The notes below the pieces were generated by a model. That model saw only the letters and a list, made by a program, of their open reading frames with translations, was not told the DNA's origin and searched no databases. Below, piece after piece: positions 59,547-64,000 of a DNA stretch of 64,000 bases. Made by a program: the position numbers and the translations under genes. Source of the DNA: Sulfurimonadaceae bacterium (GTDB lineage: Bacteria > Campylobacterota > Campylobacteria > Campylobacterales > Sulfurimonadaceae). Each line of letters begins with the position of its first letter. The stretch's first letter is position 1. The stretch lies in the NCBI GenBank assembly GCA_041571435.1, contig JBFFUI010000003.1, positions 61,585 to 125,584 of the forward strand. Direction: 5' to 3'.

Positions 59547-60541
59547 TATTTTCCTTCGTTTAATTCAGCAAGCGAGCGTTCTATGTGTTCATTAACGCCA
59601 GTATCAACATACCGGATCGCCTGGAAGATAGCATTTTTAATCGCTTTGGGATTACTTTTACCATGTCCAACGATCGCACAGCCTTTAATACCGATTAGCG
59701 GTGCACCGCCCTCTTCAGCGTAATCCACCTGCTTTTTAAGCAATTTGAAGACTTTTCGCATCAAAAGTGCCCCCGTAATAGCGACCGGCGATTTACGAAT
59801 ATAGTCTTTGATAAAGAATGTCATTGTCGAAGCAACGCCTTCGGCTGTTTTCAGTACAAGGTTCCCGATAAACCCGTCACAGACTACGACATCACACTGG
59901 CCGTTGAAGATATCGCTACCTTCAACATTCCCGATGAAACCGTCAAAGCCCTGGAGCTTTTTAAATGCCGCTTTGGTGACTTCATTACCTTTTGATGCTT
60001 CCTCGCCGTTTGCAAGGAGCCCGATGCGAGGGTTTTCAACACCAACCATATCGCGTGCATAATACTTCCCCATCACGGCAAACTCAACCAGGTTATCCGG
60101 ATCACAATCGACATTGGCACCAACGTCCAACATGACTGTTCTCGTCTTACCTTTACTTGGCATCATTGTGACCAGCGCAGGGCGTGAGACATGTTTCAAA
60201 CGTCCGAGACGCAATGTTGCGACAGTCATTGTTGCGCCGCTGTGGCCAGCAGAGACAACACCGTCAGCCTCGCCTTGCTTTACAAGCTCGATTGCTTTAT
60301 AGATAGAGCTCTCTTTTCGCTTTAAGGCGTCAGTTGCAGCGTCAGACATTGAAATAACATCATCTGCATCCACAATCGAAATCTTATTTTTGTAACCCTT
60401 AGGTAACAAAGACAAAATCTCTTCTCTCTTGCCAACTAATATTGGTTCGAACTTACGCTCTTTTAGTGCTAGTAGACAACCCTTTACAATTGGTTCGGGA
60501 CCGAAGTCCCCACCCATTGCGTCAATCGCAATCTTAATCAT
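59546..60541 (-). CDS. plsX: Phosphate acyltransferase PlsX
   Basis: DAMGGD, SAGHSGA, LDVGAN, DGFIGN, GHGKS. Confidence 0.96.
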   Translation of the reverse strand: MIKIAIDAMGGDFGPEPIVKGCLLALKERKFEPILVGKREEILSLLPKGYKNKISIVDADDVISMSDAATDALKRKESSIYKAIELVKQGEADGVVSAGHSGATMTVATLRLGRLKHVSRPALVTMMPSKGKTRTVMLDVGANVDCDPDNLVEFAVMGKYYARDMVGVENPRIGLLANGEEASKGNEVTKAAFKKLQGFDGFIGNVEGSDIFNGQCDVVVCDGFIGNLVLKTAEGVASTMTFFIKDYIRKSPVAITGALLMRKVFKLLKKQVDYAEEGGAPLIGIKGCAIVGHGKSNPKAIKNAIFQAIRYVDTGVNEHIERSLAELNEGK

Positions 60542-60544
60542 TAA

Positions 60545-60694
60545 TTATTTGTACTCGCCGGTAGTAGGGTTAATGTGGTGTGGTAACTTATATGTCCCAT
60601 CTTTATCTTTAACCGGGCGCGCTAGTGTAATCTTGTAGTGTGTTCTGCGTTTTGCTGAACGTGAGTGCGATACTCTTCTCTTTGGTACTGCCAT
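60545..60694 (-). CDS. rpmF: 50S ribosomal protein L32
   Basis: Not in the ORF track (49 aa). Manual translation: [49 protein letters not shown]. Confidence 0.96.
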   Translation of the reverse strand: MAVPKRRVSHSRSAKRRTHYKITLARPVKDKDGTYKLPHHINPTTGEYK

Positions 60695-60696
60695 GT

Positions 60697-61056
60697 TTAA
60701 TTCCTTTCTAGTTTTTTACAGTTTTCACAACTGTGATAATCACTTCTGATTAATTCGATCTCACTGTGAATCAACTCATCAAGATCTAATACATCTTGTA
60801 TCTCGATAACATCATAGGTCTCATCGAAACCCTTGTAGATACCATCCGATACAAGCATCTCTATTTTTTCGTCTAACATTGTAGCGAAATCTTCCGCACA
60901 AATGTCACATGTGAGCACAATCTCACCCGACAACTCTGCCTGAAGTAGAGCTAAGTTACGTTCTTTAAAGACAACATTGCCTTTCAACGTCACACCTTCT
61001 GCGCTTGTTTCAAACGCTGTCGGTGTATTTGTAATACGTCTGAACGGTATGTTCAT
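60697..61056 (-). CDS. YceD/DUF177 family protein
   Basis: CDIC and CENC motifs; directly upstream of rpmF. Confidence 0.85.
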   Translation of the reverse strand: MNIPFRRITNTPTAFETSAEGVTLKGNVVFKERNLALLQAELSGEIVLTCDICAEDFATMLDEKIEMLVSDGIYKGFDETYDVIEIQDVLDLDELIHSEIELIRSDYHSCENCKKLERN

Positions 61057-61062
61057 ACGTAA

Positions 61063-61476
61063 TTACGCGATTTCTCTCTCAGCGAAAAAGAAAGCGATCT
61101 CAATTGCTGCATTTTCTACAGAGTCACTGCCGTGAACTGCATTTGCATCAATGCTCTCAGCGAAATCAGCACGGATCGTACCAGCTTCAGCTTCAGCAGG
61201 GTTAGTAGCACCCATAAGATCACGGTTTTTCTTCATTGCGTCGTCACCTTCAAGAACTGAAACTACAACAGGACCAGAAATCATGAAGTCAACAAGGTCT
61301 TTGAAAAAAGGACGCTCAGCGTGAATTGCATAAAATGCTTCAGCATCTTGACGTGAAAGTTGAAGCTTTTTAGTAGCTGCGATACGAAGACCGTTGTCCT
61401 CAAAACGAGAAAGGATCTTACCGATAACACCTTTAGCTACTGCATCTGGCTTGATAATTGATAGTGTGCGTTCCAT
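61063..61476 (-). CDS. ndk: Nucleoside diphosphate kinase
   Basis: IIKPDAV, GTIR, NAVHGSD. Confidence 0.97.
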   Translation of the reverse strand: MERTLSIIKPDAVAKGVIGKILSRFEDNGLRIAATKKLQLSRQDAEAFYAIHAERPFFKDLVDFMISGPVVVSVLEGDDAMKKNRDLMGATNPAEAEAGTIRADFAESIDANAVHGSDSVENAAIEIAFFFAEREIA

Positions 61477-61569
61477 TCAGAACTCCTGCAAATATGAAAA
61501 TTTAGAGTGGGATTATATCGAAATATAATTGTGTTTTAGTTTAAATAAAATTATAAAAAGAATATTATG

Positions 61570-61607
61570 AAAAAAAAGAGTAAAAGCGTATCGGCAAAAG
61601 CCGATAC
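61570..61607 (-). terminator. Intrinsic terminator after the ferredoxin gene
   Basis: gtatcggc-aaaa-gccgatac perfect 8-bp stem followed by a T-rich tract on the minus strand. Confidence 0.7.
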
Positions 61608-61615
61608 AAGTAGAA

Positions 61616-61975
61616 TTAGTCTACGACGTTCTCACGAGCAGCACGTGCTTCGTCAGAGATATCTTCGCGGAATGGCATTTCTGCATCTGGATCTTCCATT
61701 ACAAAGTCTTTACCGTCTACGTAGTTTGGACCATTGAAGAATTCTTTGTCATCACCAGCGAATTTTGCATCCCAAGTGATACAACCTTCAGTCGGACATG
61801 CAGTTGCACAAGCCGGCTCGTCATGGTGACCAACACACTCTACACATTTATCTGGATAAACGTAGTATAGTTCCTCACCTGTTGGGTTATCATCCTCGTC
61901 AACAATTGCTTCTACCGGACATTCGTCAATACAAGCGCCACAGTTAATACATGTGTCATTAATAAATACTGCCAT
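61616..61975 (-). CDS. 2x[4Fe-4S] ferredoxin (FdxA/YfhL-like)
   Basis: CINCGACIDECP and CVECVG...CATACP. Confidence 0.92.
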   Translation of the reverse strand: MAVFINDTCINCGACIDECPVEAIVDEDDNPTGEELYYVYPDKCVECVGHHDEPACATACPTEGCITWDAKFAGDDKEFFNGPNYVDGKDFVMEDPDAEMPFREDISDEARAARENVVD

Positions 61976-62327
61976 ATTCAGTCTCCTATTAGTTATTTCG
62001 AGCTAACTATAACACAAGAATAGTAATTATTCGCAAATATTTCGACTAACTTTCTGCCAATACACAAATTGTTACACTTTGTACACAAAGCCCTGCACAG
62101 TAGGTTTTAAAAGTCGTTATCACTTCTAAATCACTATAAAAATCTAGTCATATCGAGATTTAATTCATAAAAAAATAAACATAAGCTTATCTTAAAAAAA
62201 GTCAAAATAATTGGAATGTTTTGATTGTGGAAATAGATGGTCAATTATGACCGACGGCAACCGTATTGTACCGCTGGATTCAGCCTGGATGCTGCCGCTA
62301 TTGCAGCGGCATCGGAACTGGAATGTT

Positions 62328-63485
62328 TTACAGGCCCAGATAGGATGCTATCTCTGCAGCTCTGTCCGTCTTCTCCCAGGTAAAATCCTCATCTTCGCGG
62401 CCAAAATGGCCATAAGCTGCCGTTTTACGGTAGATAGGACGAAGTAGATTAAGCGACTCGATGATCCCTTTTGGTGTCAAATCAAACAGCTCTTTGACAC
62501 AGGCTTCGATCTTCTCTTCATCAACCACACCCGTTCCATGCGTGTTGACCATAATTGAGACCGGTTTGACAACACCGATTGCATAAGCGACCTGGATCGT
62601 CACACGTTCACAGGCACCCGAAGCAACCAGGTTCTTGGCGACGTGGCGTGCTGCGTATGCTGCAGAACGGTCCACCTTGGTCGGATCTTTTCCGGAAAAA
62701 GCACCACCGCCGTGCGGGCAAGAGCCGCCGTAGGTGTCGACAATGATCTTGCGTCCAGTAAGACCGGCATCACCCTGCGGTCCGCCGATCACAAATTTGC
62801 CGGTCGGGTTGATATGATACTGAACATTCTCGCCCAACAGTTCTGCCGGGATCACTTTTTTGATCACCTCTTCGATGACATCGTTATGCAGTTGCTCCTG
62901 CTCAACATCTTCATGATGCTGTGTTGAGACGACAACGGTCTCTACAGAGACAGGCTTATGCCCAACATACTTTACAGAGATCTGTGCTTTACCATCCGGA
63001 CGGAGATACGGAATGACTCCTTCCTTACGGACCTGAGCCAGACGCTCGGTCAGGCGGTGAGCAAGGTGAATCGGCAACGGCATAAGTTCCGGCGTCTCTT
63101 TACAGGCAAAACCGAACATCAGTCCCTGGTCGCCGGCACCGATCTCACCACCGGCCTGGGCAACCCCCTGGTCAATGTCAGGCGATTGTTCGCCGATAGC
63201 GTTCAAGACTGCCGCAGAACGGTAGTCAAACCCATAGGTAGCATCGGTATAACCGATCTCCTTTACTACTGCACGTACGATATCCTGCATCGGGGTATAC
63301 GCATGTGTTTTTAATTCGCCTGCAATTACACAAAAACCATTCGAAACCAAAGTTTCACACGCTACGTGTGCTTCAGGATCTTTAGCAATAATGTCATCCA
63401 GAATAGCATCGCTAATCTGATCAGCCATCTTGTCAGGATGCCCTTCTGTTACAGACTCAGAAGTAAAAATATACTCTCTAGTCAT
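62328..63485 (-). CDS. metK: S-adenosylmethionine synthetase
   Basis: [32 protein letters not shown]. Confidence 0.97.
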   Translation of the reverse strand: MTREYIFTSESVTEGHPDKMADQISDAILDDIIAKDPEAHVACETLVSNGFCVIAGELKTHAYTPMQDIVRAVVKEIGYTDATYGFDYRSAAVLNAIGEQSPDIDQGVAQAGGEIGAGDQGLMFGFACKETPELMPLPIHLAHRLTERLAQVRKEGVIPYLRPDGKAQISVKYVGHKPVSVETVVVSTQHHEDVEQEQLHNDVIEEVIKKVIPAELLGENVQYHINPTGKFVIGGPQGDAGLTGRKIIVDTYGGSCPHGGGAFSGKDPTKVDRSAAYAARHVAKNLVASGACERVTIQVAYAIGVVKPVSIMVNTHGTGVVDEEKIEACVKELFDLTPKGIIESLNLLRPIYRKTAAYGHFGREDEDFTWEKTDRAAEIASYLGL

Positions 63486-63681
63486 CGATTTCCTTTATTG
63501 TTTATCCTTCACCTTAACACCTCTGCTTAAATCAGTCGCATGGCATCTTTTATAAAATGAAAGTCCGCGATTATAGCTGAAAGCTTTTTAAAGTTTTTCC
63601 GCTATTTACCTCTGCTTTATTTTATTTATTTTTCTTCTGCTAAAATGCATCCGAACAATATCAAAACAATGGAGACCACCT

Positions 63682-64000
63682 ATGCTAGTAACAAACAAAG
63701 CGCCAGACTTTACAGCAACGACTGTAATGGGAAACAACGAGATCAAAGAAGATTTCAACCTCTACGAGAACTTCGGTGAAAACGGAACGGTCCTTTTCTT
63801 CTATCCACTGGATTTTACATTTGTATGTCCTTCAGAGATCATTGCGTTCGATCACCGTTTGGATGAGTTCAAATCACGCGGTATCGAAGTGATCGGTGTA
63901 TCGATCGATTCCCAGTTCTCTCACTTTGCTTGGAAAAACACGCCGGTCAACGAAGGCGGTATCGGTCAGGTCCGTTACCCGCTTGTTGCCGACCTTACCA
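63682..64000 (+). CDS. ahpC: Peroxiredoxin AhpC, 3' end runs off the window
   Basis: Not in the ORF track. Manual translation: [12 protein letters not shown]...[18 protein letters not shown]...VSIDSQFSH. Confidence 0.93.
   Translation, partial: MLVTNKAPDFTATTVMGNNEIKEDFNLYENFGENGTVLFFYPLDFTFVCPSEIIAFDHRLDEFKSRGIEVIGVSIDSQFSHFAWKNTPVNEGGIGQVRYPLVADLT

Noticed and set aside
62240-62310. aaccgtattg resembling part of a SAM-II riboswitch
   Set aside because: It lies 3' of metK on the opposite strand and lacks the rest of the pseudoknot; the nearby hairpin is more likely the metK terminator

Overview
Bacterial chromosomal window, inferred to be Campylobacterota (Sulfurimonas/Sulfuricurvum-like) from protein motifs, TGnTAnAAT-type promoters and Campylobacter-like synteny (rplY-pth-lptG-lysA-HAD-pheA-hisC-[fli]-dxs; ndk-yceD-rpmF-plsX-fabH). 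Most genes are on the minus strand. Main content: (1) a tightly coupled ovoA / PLP C-S lyase / sirtuin / atypical ADP-ribosylglycohydrolase / split-barrel operon (669-6003); (2) a lipoprotein built of three ~170-aa repeats; (3) a 600-bp structured non-coding region between pgeF and dxs; (4) a single membrane-anchored FliG-like ORF where fliF-fliG-fliH normally lie; (5) a HAD gene with a 1-nt frameshift; (6) a ~26.7-kb type II PKS aryl polyene + dialkylresorcinol (flexirubin/arcuflavin-like) cluster (21895-48621) with 4 ACPs, several ketosynthases, DarAB, an ammonia-lyase, a flavin halogenase-like enzyme, a methyltransferase, a BtrH-like protein and an extra secreted serine hydrolase; (7) housekeeping genes (clpS-clpA-aat, bioD, pyrB, pabB, fabH/plsX, ndk, metK, ahpC). 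No tRNA, rRNA, CRISPR array, integrase or transposase was recognised. All assignments come from reading motifs by eye; no database search was run.
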